DNA of 64,000 bases from Balanoglossus misakiensis (Eukaryota > Animalia > Hemichordata), in assembly GCA_040954595.2 (NCBI GenBank), contig CM082576.2, positions 5,306,760-5,370,759 on the forward strand, read 5' to 3'. The translations under genes were made by a program, and so were the position numbers. Below, one piece after another: positions 13,901 to 25,259 of the stretch (position 1 is its first letter; each line of letters opens with the position of its first letter). The notes beneath the pieces were generated by a model. The model made no database searches and was not told the DNA's origin. It saw nothing but the letters and a program-made list of their open reading frames with translations.

Positions 13901-14679
13901 TTGGAAGCGTATCTTTCTCATCAAGTTCTACTCAGAGAATGCCTATCAGTCACAACTCTTATTTTTGTACGCAGACGCATCATTTATGGATGCAACGTGA
14001 TACGGATGAAAGTTACTACCATTTGACATTAAGCAATAGCTCTCAACGAAAGAGTGCCATAAGCAGTAAACACACGCGCCGGAAACGCTTTGGATGTCGT
14101 GAAATGATTTTCCGCAAACGTGGGTGCTTTCCACCTTTACTCGATAAGGTCAAACAGGCCAACAAATTAAAAAAAAAACATGATTATTTTAACAATGCCG
14201 ACATCTGACGGAAAACAATACTCGAGACAAGTCGGCTGCGACGTGATCCTCAAAAAGCGTACCGAGATCATAACGATTTGGCGCCCAATGCTGAGGTGAA
14301 CATGTGGCTTACGAAAAAATAGGAAATTGCAAAATGAACATTACAAGTTGCATTTACCCGTGGGAACAAATAGACTCGCTGAAGTGGCATTATTCGAGAC
14401 AGAGCGGAACAAATATCCCAGCAGGTAAACACGTCGAACAAAGTTCATAAAAACGAACTTTTGCGTTCATCTGTTTCCGGGAAAGGGTGACATAAGGCTA
14501 TATTCAAGGAAATAATGTTTAACCATCTTCTAGAGATCCTGCATCGTAACTGATTAAGGACTTGTATATCAAATATGCAAACCTAGAATATCCTTTTCTG
14601 GTAAAACCGTTTTATAATTTATAAAAAACCTTCTATAATCAAAATTTCAAGATAAATATTTTGTTCTTCTTGATTTCAG

Positions 14680-14914
14680 ATTGTTTGAACACCACCCTGA
14701 GGCAAGGACATTCTTCGGACTTCCAGGTGTTCCAGTTACGGAGGAAGACAAACAGATCACCGTCAAAATCAGGGAGCACGGACTGCGCTTTATGAATGTT
14801 GTCAGAGATGTTCTCACCATGATAGTAGAGAAAAATCGACCCGAGGCAATGGGCATGATAAGGGATCTTGGTAGACGACATTTCCAATATAAAGCTGACA
14901 TCAATCTTGTCGAT
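14680..14914 (+). CDS. Globin 2 exon 2
   Basis: Acceptor gatttcag|A, donor GAT|gtaagt, 235 nt. Encodes LFEHHPEARTFF...REHGLRFM...DLGRRHFQYKADINLVD. Confidence 0.92.
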
Positions 14915-15780
14915 GTAAGTATTGAATGCACATCAGAATAACCGGTTAACATACAAATATTTTATTTATTTATTTTATGAGTGGAATAGGTTCATTTTTG
15001 TCAACTGAAAACATGGGGAAAGGTTTATATTGTCAGATATTATATTACGATGTCTGGTGTACTGTTCCTTTGGATGACAAACAACTGCAAATGTTATTGT
15101 AAAGTAATATCAACTCAAATTGAAATGCTGCAACATTCTCCGAGGAATATTAATCTTGTTGATGTCAAATTTCTCTTCAAGACCGAAGATGCTCTAAGTT
15201 ATACAAATCAGATAGGTATTGTGTTTCATGAGAATTCAGAAAAAGAGAGATTACTAAGTATTCAGCATGTCTAACCTTTCAGATGACATGGGAAACTGTA
15301 TTTGTGATTTGAAAAATCCCAAGTCAGCTCTTGTACGTCAAAAAACAAACTACAGACTCCTTTCAACGTAAATTTAAATGAATTCACTTGACACATCGGC
15401 CCGCGGGTACAAAATATTTTTTCTGAGTGATCAACGCTATTCTGTTTTAAGATACACGTCTTCACGAACATAGGCTCGTTATATCAAATAACAAGGTATA
15501 ATCTAGTACGGTAATTAAGTGATAATAGTCACACAAACACCTCATTAGACCCCTATTCGTTTTCAAACAGTATTATTCTCATCGCTTGGGATTTTAGCAA
15601 TACGTGCCCCGGGCCAACATCCAACTTCAGATTGTTTACTTAGCTTGGCGGTCCTGGTGGGTCGAAGTCCCAACCGCACTGGTTGCAGTATGGCTACAAG
15701 GTCTGTTTCAAATTGGCCTCGATGCGAATAGTGTTTGTGTGGAGTGTCTCAGGTGACCTGTCCTTTCTATCTTCCCGCAG

Positions 15781-16011
15781 GTATTCGAAGAGCAATTTAT
15801 AATGGCCATCAAGCCGACCCTGTCAAGAAATTGGGACAGGAAGGTGGAAGAGGCTTGGGTACAACTCTTCAAGTTTATCGGGTACTCTGTAAAGATGGGG
15901 ATGATGGAAGCCAAGCAAGACAGCGATGTCAGTGACACTAGTGCGGCCGCCCAGCAAGAGAATGAGAGTGCGGCGCCAACTCTTAATGGGCGTCGTTTTG
16001 ACAACACGTAG
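15781..16011 (+). CDS. Globin 2 exon 3
   Basis: Acceptor cttcccgcag|GTA. Encodes VFEEQFIMAIKPTLSRNWDRKVEEAWVQLFKFIGYSVKMGMMEAKQDS...GRRFDNT, then TAG. Confidence 0.92.
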   Translation, partial: VFEEQFIMAIKPTLSRNWDRKVEEAWVQLFKFIGYSVKMGMMEAKQDSDVSDTSAAAQQENESAAPTLNGRRFDNT

Positions 16012-16808
16012 TCATTTGTTATCCTCACCTTGTTCCAAAAACCCCTGTAATATTCGGATATTTGCAGATACAAAGGACATATCCGGAAGAACATGTTTGA
16101 TTGAATGCAAATAGATGAGCGGATCTGCTCGGTGATTAGTTCCCCGGGGTAAATCACGTGGAACACGCCCCCGCGAACGAATATACGAAAATCCAAAAAA
16201 AAACACCAGTAGGCCTATAGAAGTGTTTCATTATAACGCCGTAACAATGTGCATGTTGCTGGTGGCACAAGATCTTAATTATTTGCCTCGAGCCAATGTA
16301 TCGTGGCCAAAGTTTTTTTGCTGATTGCACAAGGTGATGTGTCCTTGAAGTAAGTTTTCTAGAAACTATCGTGACGTTGGTTCACTTATATGGGGCTTAT
16401 TACAAAATACGTCCTGTTGATTTCATAAGAATATTATAAATGGGCAGTGATATTTTCTGTTCCACAGTGCGCGCTTCCCATAGGCTAAGTGCAGACGGCT
16501 CCCTAGTCTAGTATTACCCTGGACACATAATGTTCACATTTTCATCGTCGGTATGAAATAGGCATTGCAGGCGTTTGGGACTGCATAGGTTTTAGAAAAT
16601 GAACCTCTATCCTTTGTTTGAAACATCATTTGAATTGAGCACCCTGGAATAACCGGGAAATGTCTATAATGCGCACCGTATACTTTTGATTTACATATTT
16701 CACAGGAGCAAAACATAAACACGCTATCAGATTTCTAGGTACCTGCCGACACGTGATAACATATCTTTCATATATTACTTGATTTTGTCATTTTTTGGAA
16801 ATGAAGTT

Positions 16809-16814
16809 AATAAA
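16809..16814 (+). promoter_or_regulatory. Candidate polyadenylation signal of globin 2
   Basis: AATAAA about 800 nt after the stop codon. Confidence 0.4.
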
Positions 16815-19033
16815 ATAATCCGGTGTCATTTGGGAGTGACAAAGCTGATTAACCAGTGAATCTTTACTTAACATTTTGATGATAATATTTCTTTCTATTA
16901 TTAAAAGGTTACTATGTCAAAAGACAGCTCATTGAGCTGAACAATACAGACGTTAAACTGAGTGCACCCTGGGCGGTCGGCCATTTTGTGCTTACATAGG
17001 AGCATGAACGTTTAAAAGCTCTTTCAATTAACTCGGAGGCTAAATATCGAATAAAACCTTTTAAAGTTACACCCACATGTTTAGCTTATGGACAAGAAGC
17101 CCATGCAATCTACGCATTGCTGGTTTCTTAGTTTTTCTTGAATTGATTCTTCCGGGGGCCGAAAAACAGTAAGCTGTTACAGTTATCGAACGTGGACATT
17201 TATCAGGTCACCGATTCAGCTAGGCAACCCATTTCCCAAGAGAGCTGTTGATGACTTCGGAACAGCGTCAATGAACTACGCATACATGATGGTAAGTGGC
17301 TGATGGATAGCCCACTGTCTGTATGTTCTGCATTTGGAATTGAAATAAAAACCCTCAGATTCCAGTCTTCGCTTCTCTGATCACGGAAAAGAATGATTAA
17401 CATGACAATGTCCTGCCCACTGCACACAACTGCACTGTAAACGTGAACACTGCGCACGTACGAAGTGAAAACGATACAAAAGCATGCAAAGAGACGACCT
17501 TTTGCATGACCCAAAACACTAGTACCGAAGTGTGTTTCCTGGTTTAAAAATCTAGAGTGCAACAGACAAATGTTAACTTCGCAAATGGCGTTATGTGAAA
17601 CCGATAACGAAATCGCCCGGGGTTGGCTCTGTTTAAATACTTCTATAGCGGATGCCACCGAACACTAATGCAGCTTCTATGCACCGAGTGAGATGTAGCT
17701 CTAGCTGAGGGTAGTAAAAGTCAAATTTGATGGCTTGGCGTACAAAGTGCGAAGTATGCGTAAGTACTTGACACGTGCGTCAAGCCCCGCAACTCTCTAA
17801 CTGATGAAACTTGGTGACTCTTATTGTGTCAATCAAATGTCTACGTCATAACATTGTTGGAAATTAAAAGTGTCTTCGTTGTCAAGGAAATAATTCTCGA
17901 ATGGATTAGATTCCCAACAAATGGAGTGACAAGACATGGGAGTACATGTACTTCATATCTGAGCGAGGAAGTTACGTCTTCGATCGCCTATGGGTACACT
18001 CCTAGTACGAATGCGTGGGTTTACAAAAATATGGAAACAAATTAGTGAACAGCGCCCTGAACAAACCGAACAAATTATAGGGATAAAATGGGGAAGGGGT
18101 TGTAGGCCATCGTTGAAGGTCAAACAATCTCTGACAAGTCCAAGTTTAATTTTATCGTTGTTGCGAGTTGATACAAGGTAAATTAATCCACGTAAGACAA
18201 AAGAAGACATTAGATTTTCATGCTTTGCCATAAAATATGTCATATCATTCATGCTTATCTGGTTAACAAATTTTCTTACGTTCCACACTAAGCGCGAGAT
18301 TTATCCCGACATAGTACGCACTTCAATGCTATCTTTTGGCCCTGAGTAGACGTTCCATTAGCATAATTATGTTATACATATGCAACGCATGCCCTCTGTC
18401 AAATTAAAACAGCGGTTTTCGCACCAGAGAACAACCGCGAGTTCCTGACACCTCTGCTGTCGACCATGTTGGCATGACGAAATTTGCCTAATGGAAAGCA
18501 TTTGTTCTATATGTCCATAGGAGTTTGACATCTGTAAAGTACTCGTGCTAAGATTCGTGTTATGAATCATGTGAAGCCTTGTAAGCAAACCTTTTATCCG
18601 ATATAATCATATTGTCATTAAAACATTAAAGACACGCGTCAGTTTGACTTCCCGGGAACGTAATGGAAACTACTTGTGACGTAGGACACGTATTATTATT
18701 CACGATGAGAATGGGGTTTACATAACGCAAGAGCCACTTACATTCGGCAATTGTGTATGCTATACGTATAACCCTGAAAAATATATAACTGGCATGCATT
18801 TAAAGGGTTGGACCAAACAAAGAGATACAATGAGGTAACGTGTGTACAAGAACCCTGCGCTGTGTGTGCGTACGCGGCGTAGGTTGTAAAATGGGGGCAG
18901 TCTCTCTCTGGAATTTATAATTGATTATACTAATCCCATTCGCCTGCTGAGAGAAATGCGTCACGGCCGCCGCAAAGTACTGCGGTGATAGTCGACGGCT
19001 TTCCTACTGTAGAGGGAAGGCGGAGTGCAGACG

Positions 19034-19167
19034 ATGGGATGTCGACTATCGTCCATCTACGGGGAAGACAGGCCGACGATATCCAAGGAACAGAGCAAAA
19101 TACTAAGCAGCACATGGCACGGAATACATTGCGATTTAGAGAAAATCGGCCTCCTGATGTTCATGGG
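19034..19167 (+). CDS. Globin 3 exon 1
   Basis: Manual translation gives MGCRLSSIYGEDRPTISKEQSKILSSTWHGIHCDLEKIGLLMFM plus GG|gtaagt. In-frame TAG upstream at 19010-19012. Absent from the ORF track (under 60 aa). Confidence 0.9.
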
Positions 19168-22100
19168 GTAAGTCAGCATAAACATCAATACACGCTGTCA
19201 CAGCTGAGTTATTTTTTCGAGTTGAGTTATATTTTTTAAATGTTTTCCCGTGAATTTCTAACGGGAAAACGCAACATTTTTGATGGTTTTAAATTGTCAT
19301 GGCGGGAAACAGACTGTTGTCATCGTGAAACGCTTCTCCCCGGCGAAGCGTTGCGACTTTGTCGAAGGCAAGCGCTGCATACAGCTATGTCAATTCACCA
19401 TCACGGATAAGCTTGTAGATGTTAGTTAAATGCTGATCGCTATCTGGAAGGCCGTATGTTACCCTAACTATTCGTATTATACAATCAATTCACGTCATTC
19501 GGTAACGTTGTGAGCGTTGGAGATACGCTGATATGATTCAGGCCTTGCAGCTTGACGGCTGATATCCGTGAACGGAAATTTCATCCAGTTCGGGGAAAAA
19601 AGATGCTGCCATTAGATAAAAGGTCTCGCAAAAGGAGAATGCGTTGTGGCAGCTTTCGCGCGGTTATGAGACGTGAACAATGCAGCTAGCGAGGCACGTC
19701 CGTGTCATATCGCTTGAATTCTGAATCGTCTGCAGAATGGAGCGTAGTGTCAACTTTAGCATTCATTTTTTTTTTAATTTGCATACAACAAAGTAGATTT
19801 ATAATGTAGGGTTGATGGCTGTGGTGTCCGCCCTTAAGGCCGTTAATTCACAAGATAAGTCTCTCCATATGGTTACTTAATGGTCCATGCTTTGGCATGA
19901 TATACAATACTACCTCCAGATGTCAGACATGCGTAAACTCCACAGGTATACACGAGAACGACTTGTTTGTTTGTGTGTGTTTTGGGATTGCATTATATGA
20001 CATGATGGGTTTGATGTCATAGATAGAACGAATGAAAAAAAGATAAATGCACGAAAACACAAATATTTTTATACCTGAATGTATCATACCCTAGTGTTAC
20101 TAGAAAAAACGCCTATCCATTTTGCAGCACCGACGTGATTTAAGGATGATCACATTCATGCCTAAATTGCCCGTGGAGTGCGTGGCCAATAAATCAGAGC
20201 CGGTCAAAAATCTCAAACATTTCTCCGTCGATGCCAAATTCATGGTCGGTCAGGAACCACGAATATGCCCCTAAGACGATAAGGTATTACTTGAATACAG
20301 AGACAAAGTTGCTATACCACCACCGGGAAATGGTTTGTGCATCAACAGAAAAAATCCAATTCGATCCAATCTGTATTGCATTCGACACACACTGACAGAG
20401 AGTATCATGGTACATCAGGATACATTACAAATATAAGTGAACACTATTACCTGGGCCAGTATTGTAATCGCGCTAGTGTTTTTCTTTCTTTCATGCGGTC
20501 TCTTCAAAAGCAGATTAGTGAGATAATTTATAAGAAGTTCTATTTTAGATATGGAGATGATGTAGGCCTATCTAAATAGTACATATCTGTCACTCACATG
20601 ATGAGCGACGAAAAGAGTAGGTTGACACTGCTCCACACGTACCGCCTGTGATCATTTGTCTAATGGATACACTGTACTAATCTACCAGTTAATGATATCT
20701 GCCGTAAAAGCGTTTGAATGTAGAAATTAGCATAAGGGGGTTGGCTGAGTCCCTCTTAAAGGAACTACGCACTCTTGCATATTGAATACGATGGGATATG
20801 TATACTCCATAGGCTGGCGAGAATTTGGTTGTGTGGAAAACTGACGACAATAAAGAAAAATATCCAGATACGAAGCAGAAGAAGTCAATTCTCAGTGTAG
20901 TTTTAAAAAATCATTTAGGGGATACATCATAGGGAGATAGTCACGGAATATGGGGTTATTCAGAAAAAAAATGTTTTTAGAAGTCTGACTACGTGGGAAT
21001 GAATAAGGTAGTGGGTACAATGCTTTCAATGAACGTACGTACACATTCAACGTATATGTATATGTATCATTGTTGTCTTGCTTTGGTAGCGACCACTTGA
21101 ATGGACGGAGCGCTTACAGTTGTTTCTGAACAAAGACATGTCACTTTTACTCGCATCGCGTTTAAGACCTGAACTCCCAGGTCGGGCGATAATAAAAAAG
21201 GCAGACACTTAGCAACACCGTCGGAGGTGTGGCCCTGAAATGTTACTGCCGATAAATGATCATCGGAGAATTGCCAACACGTCAGCCGCGGGCACTATAG
21301 ACCCGACATGCACAAAATGCTGACAATGGTTCATGTATATATGCCTGTGTATATGTAAAGATTACGTAGCTAACTTCAATAGCAAGAATCTCAGACCTGA
21401 CAGTATCTACCTTGGCGATCGCGTGACTTGACAAATAATAATGCATCGGGAATTCGGGTGAAATTATGGATGCAAACAATGCTTTATGAGAAACGAATTT
21501 CCGTGATAATGTGCTACACATTACAACCTTTGCATTACAAGTGATGAAGTCTCTATGCTGCCTCTTGACGTATTTCACTAGTAAAGCTGGCGATAAACTA
21601 AGACCCGCTGGTTTTATTTCATTCAGTACTGAGGGCAAAGACGCTACATCATTGTCTTTATTTATAAATCTTCGCATTTCACGTGGTCGTCGGGCGCCAA
21701 AGCGTCGCCCTGTTCGTTCTCGGAGGCATACCGTGATTACGAGGAAAATACATATTTTCAGGTATAGGCCTAGATGCCCTGCACATCAAAATGTCACCCG
21801 CCAAGATAAAAGTGATTTAGCATCTAAACAAAGCGATGGCGACAACACTATATACGGTTAATACTTTTTTTTCATTTTAGAATCAAGGGACTTTCCTTTC
21901 CTCACGCACCTCGAAAGCTTGCCTAGATATATTGCATTGACGCATACAAGTAAATATCTGTATGAGCCGAGGAAACACGTCCCAAATTTATACCCGAATT
22001 TTCACTCTAAGTGATTCCTCCAGTTTTTACTCGATGATTCCCAAAAGCTTGTAAGGTTAAACCACGGTGTGTGGAGTGAACGTGGTTAAACGCCCCATGA

Positions 22101-23322
22101 GGGTCACGCTGCTGTAAACATGTCAGGTTTGTGTGGATTGGGAACTACCTTAACCTACGAGAGTGCAATATGCAGTAAATTGACTTACATGTACGTGGCG
22201 TACTTCAAGTCCACAAGGATCCCAGGGGATTCTCTCCTTTGATCGGGCGCAAGGTGTCATTGATCCGTTTACCGTAGTACCTATAGAAAGGGGAACAAGG
22301 ATTGTGTTTGTAATTACAAGAAATCACCCTCTTGCCAATAGTCAATAAATTATTTTCTATTCTTATATAATAGATTATACATAATTGGCTAGTTACAGCT
22401 CACCCCCTATGTTGGTGGACCGTCTGATTTTTGAACATCCCATAATAAATCAGATGAATAATTATAATTCTACTACTACTTAACATAGGGTGGGGGTTAA
22501 CAGTAAAGCCCAATAAAGAAGTACAATGTCATTCTATGTATATGAACTTTTTCACTCACTGAGAAATTGCAAAATGGAGGATTTTTTGTGAACACCGGAT
22601 GGGTGGGATCACACAGTTCGACAGTTGTGTTAACAGATTATAATTTTTGGTGGAAATGAAGACTCGTAAAGTCAAATAATTGTGGGTGTGAGTGTGTGCT
22701 CATTTGAGCAAAGGGACTTTGGCACGCATTGAATAATTTCCAGGAGGTACACGTCGACTCAGTCACCCGGCAAGGGAAATAGCCGGGAGGAAAGACTCGA
22801 AGTTGACATGACCTTACTCGCCAAGTGACAGACTGTATGTATTGTAGAGTAAATATCTCAGCTTGATGCTAGCGGGTGGATAACCTTAAACTTGACACTA
22901 TAGGAGTGCTGTCAGTTGGCGCTATTGAGTTATTCGAGCTATTCAAGCTAGTGACAGATGGACACAAGGTGATTTACTAAACATACGTGCATTGTTAATT
23001 GATTATAAAGGTAAATGGCCTATAGGCCAAAAAGCGGGAAAACTGGCGCTTGATATCCCAGTATTACGATGATTAATTTATACTGATCAATTTTCGGAAG
23101 CTAGGATCAAATTTGACATGTTATCATCTTTGACGTGTGGGTTGAAAACCGGATTAATTCGTCAAGTTCTTACATTCGCGTCGGAAATTGCTTCGCCAGT
23201 CGCTTGTGCAGAACGTTAGGCTTGAGGGGGAAAACCGGTAACCAAAGCAACAGTTAACGCCTTGTTTAATCGACGACACTTGAACGACACTGGACGAGTG
23301 TATTGGAATTTATCATTATTAA

Positions 23323-24117
23323 GATGGGTCCCTAGGATCTTTTTGCCCGTTGCTATGGGCCTTTATAGGACATTACACCCCGATTTGGACTAAGCCGTTT
23401 TCAGAGTCTAACAAGGGGCTGGTAACTAGTTAAAAATACGCACGATTGTGAGCGCGCGCCCCCTGACGCCATTGATATGCAAATTAGTTAGGTCAAATTT
23501 CAAAAGCCTAAGGCTTTTTATTCCGTGACCTCAAAAACGAACTTGATACGTATTCATTAGTTGCTTGAACCAGGGAAGATCGTGACGGATTTTGTTTTCG
23601 AATATTATCGTTGTATCCTACGATTTCAGCATACCCGTACCACACCTGAAAAAGTCATCGATTTTGGGTGTTTTTGGACGCACTCTTCCACTGGTATCGC
23701 TTCTTAGCACGACGAAAACCGAAAAAACGATCCGTCACACTATGCGGAAGTGCGTTCTCAACAAGCAGGTCAAATTTGGCTGGCCTACGTCGCCTGTGAA
23801 AAAAGCCTTAGGGATTTTCGTGAACGGTACAAAATCTCTGTGTACAAAACATTGGATTTTTAGCGTTCGATCCAGTTACTGTGGTTACAGGACGCGCACG
23901 CTATCGCTGACCGCTGCTTTGCCGTATTAGCGTGGCGGCCTATGGCCGGGCGGTAGCTGCCGTAAACATACTCAGACAGGGGGTGTGCACACAATCGTGC
24001 GTATTTTTAACTAGTTACAAGCCCCTTGTCGGACGTTCATAACGGTTTCGATCAAAATTGAGTGTAGTGTCCTATAAAGGCCCATAGCAACGAGCAAAAA
24101 GATCCTAGGGACCCATC
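23323..24117. mobile_element. Non-autonomous DNA transposon (MITE), 795 bp, TTAA target duplication, Kolobok-like
   Basis: Left end ttaa|GATGGGTCCCTAGGATCTTTTTGCCCGTTGCTATGGGCCTTTATAGGAC matches the reverse complement of right end GTCCTATAAAGGCCCATAGCAACGAGCAAAAAGATCCTAGGGACCCATC|ttaa. Imperfect TIRs extend about 140 bp. No transposase ORF. Confidence 0.88.
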
Positions 24118-25030
24118 TTAAGAGAGGTGTCGTGTGACACCTCACTGAGATATTGGTTCATATATAGGCCGCACCATCTAAAAATCAGTCAATGTCTTCT
24201 CGTTTTCAACAACATTCTCGACGTTTGGACACGACGTGATTATAGGCTGTGGTCGACATTCCACGATACACGCTTTCGTGAGTCAATATTTGATGTGCGT
24301 GTCATAGAAGAGGAAGTTAAACCAGCTTGTTCAACCCTAATACATGCGCTCTTTTTTCCCCATCTTTTCATTGCCCAGCTGTGCTATTGATGACTATTCG
24401 TTTGTTCCATTGGAACATGCAACTATGCGCAACATAAATGATTGCGCTTCAATTCAGCCAACCGGCAGTGCATCAGTCTATACAGCGTGGTAAATCTCAC
24501 GTATTACCTATTCAGCAATTCACTCACATATATCAGGCGCCATAAACTTTACACGTTCTGTGATCAAACGAGTTGCGTCAGCAATGGCAAAGCGCCGCGC
24601 ATCAATCATGCCACAATAGCTCATATTACGCCGTACTAAAAACTTCTCTGTGATCATACTGGATTTGATCGGAACGTTCATGTTAACGTATCAATCATTT
24701 GACCTTGGGCGCCTAAATGAAAGTACGCTTTGGCATTTTGCATATTGGAGCGCTTTTAATCCTTGGCCTGTGACGATAATCCGCGTGTAGAGTTGAAAGA
24801 GGCGAATGATCTCACTGTGCCAAGAGTTAAAATTGTATTATTATTTGGTTCCGAGAGCGTCCTTGCGATTTGCATAAACGCCTGACGGGTGTATGACGAA
24901 CATTCGCCGTACCCGCGAGCAAAAGCCAAATCGTGTGGCGATGCAACGAGGATACATGTCGTCAACCCAAGGGCATTTCAAACGTCTGTGGTGACATGCT
25001 AACGTGACTCTTTCTATTAACGTTTTTCAG

Positions 25031-25259
25031 AATGTTCGATAACCACCCAGAAACCAAGCAATTCTTCGGCCTGTCTGGCGGTCCAGTCTCGTCAGAAGAT
25101 CCCAAAGTTTTACAGAAGATTCAAGAGCACGGTCTCCGGTTTATGTCCATCGCCAGGAAGCTGATTGCAAATTTAGAGGATCAGGAAAAATTTGATACCG
25201 TTTTACTAGAATTAGGCAGAAGACATAACAACTACCAGGCCGATATCAACTTGGTCGAC
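25031..25259 (+). CDS. Globin 3 exon 2
   Basis: Acceptor gtttttcag|A, donor GAC|gtaagt, 229 nt. Encodes MFDNHPETKQFF...QEHGLRFM...ELGRRHNNYQADINLVD. Confidence 0.92.

Larger units (their letters stand above)
10742..16011 (+). other. Globin gene 2 (globin X-like, 208 aa), join(10742..10902,14680..14914,15781..16011)
   Basis: Three exons splice in frame (phase 2, then phase 0) into a complete globin starting MGNSPA. Confidence 0.9.

Noticed and set aside
15708-16196. 162-aa minus-strand ORF, with similar antisense ORFs at 8767..9048, 28605..28922 and 14647..14952
   Set aside because: These are antisense shadows of globin exons. Their mutual similarity simply mirrors the sense-strand paralogy.
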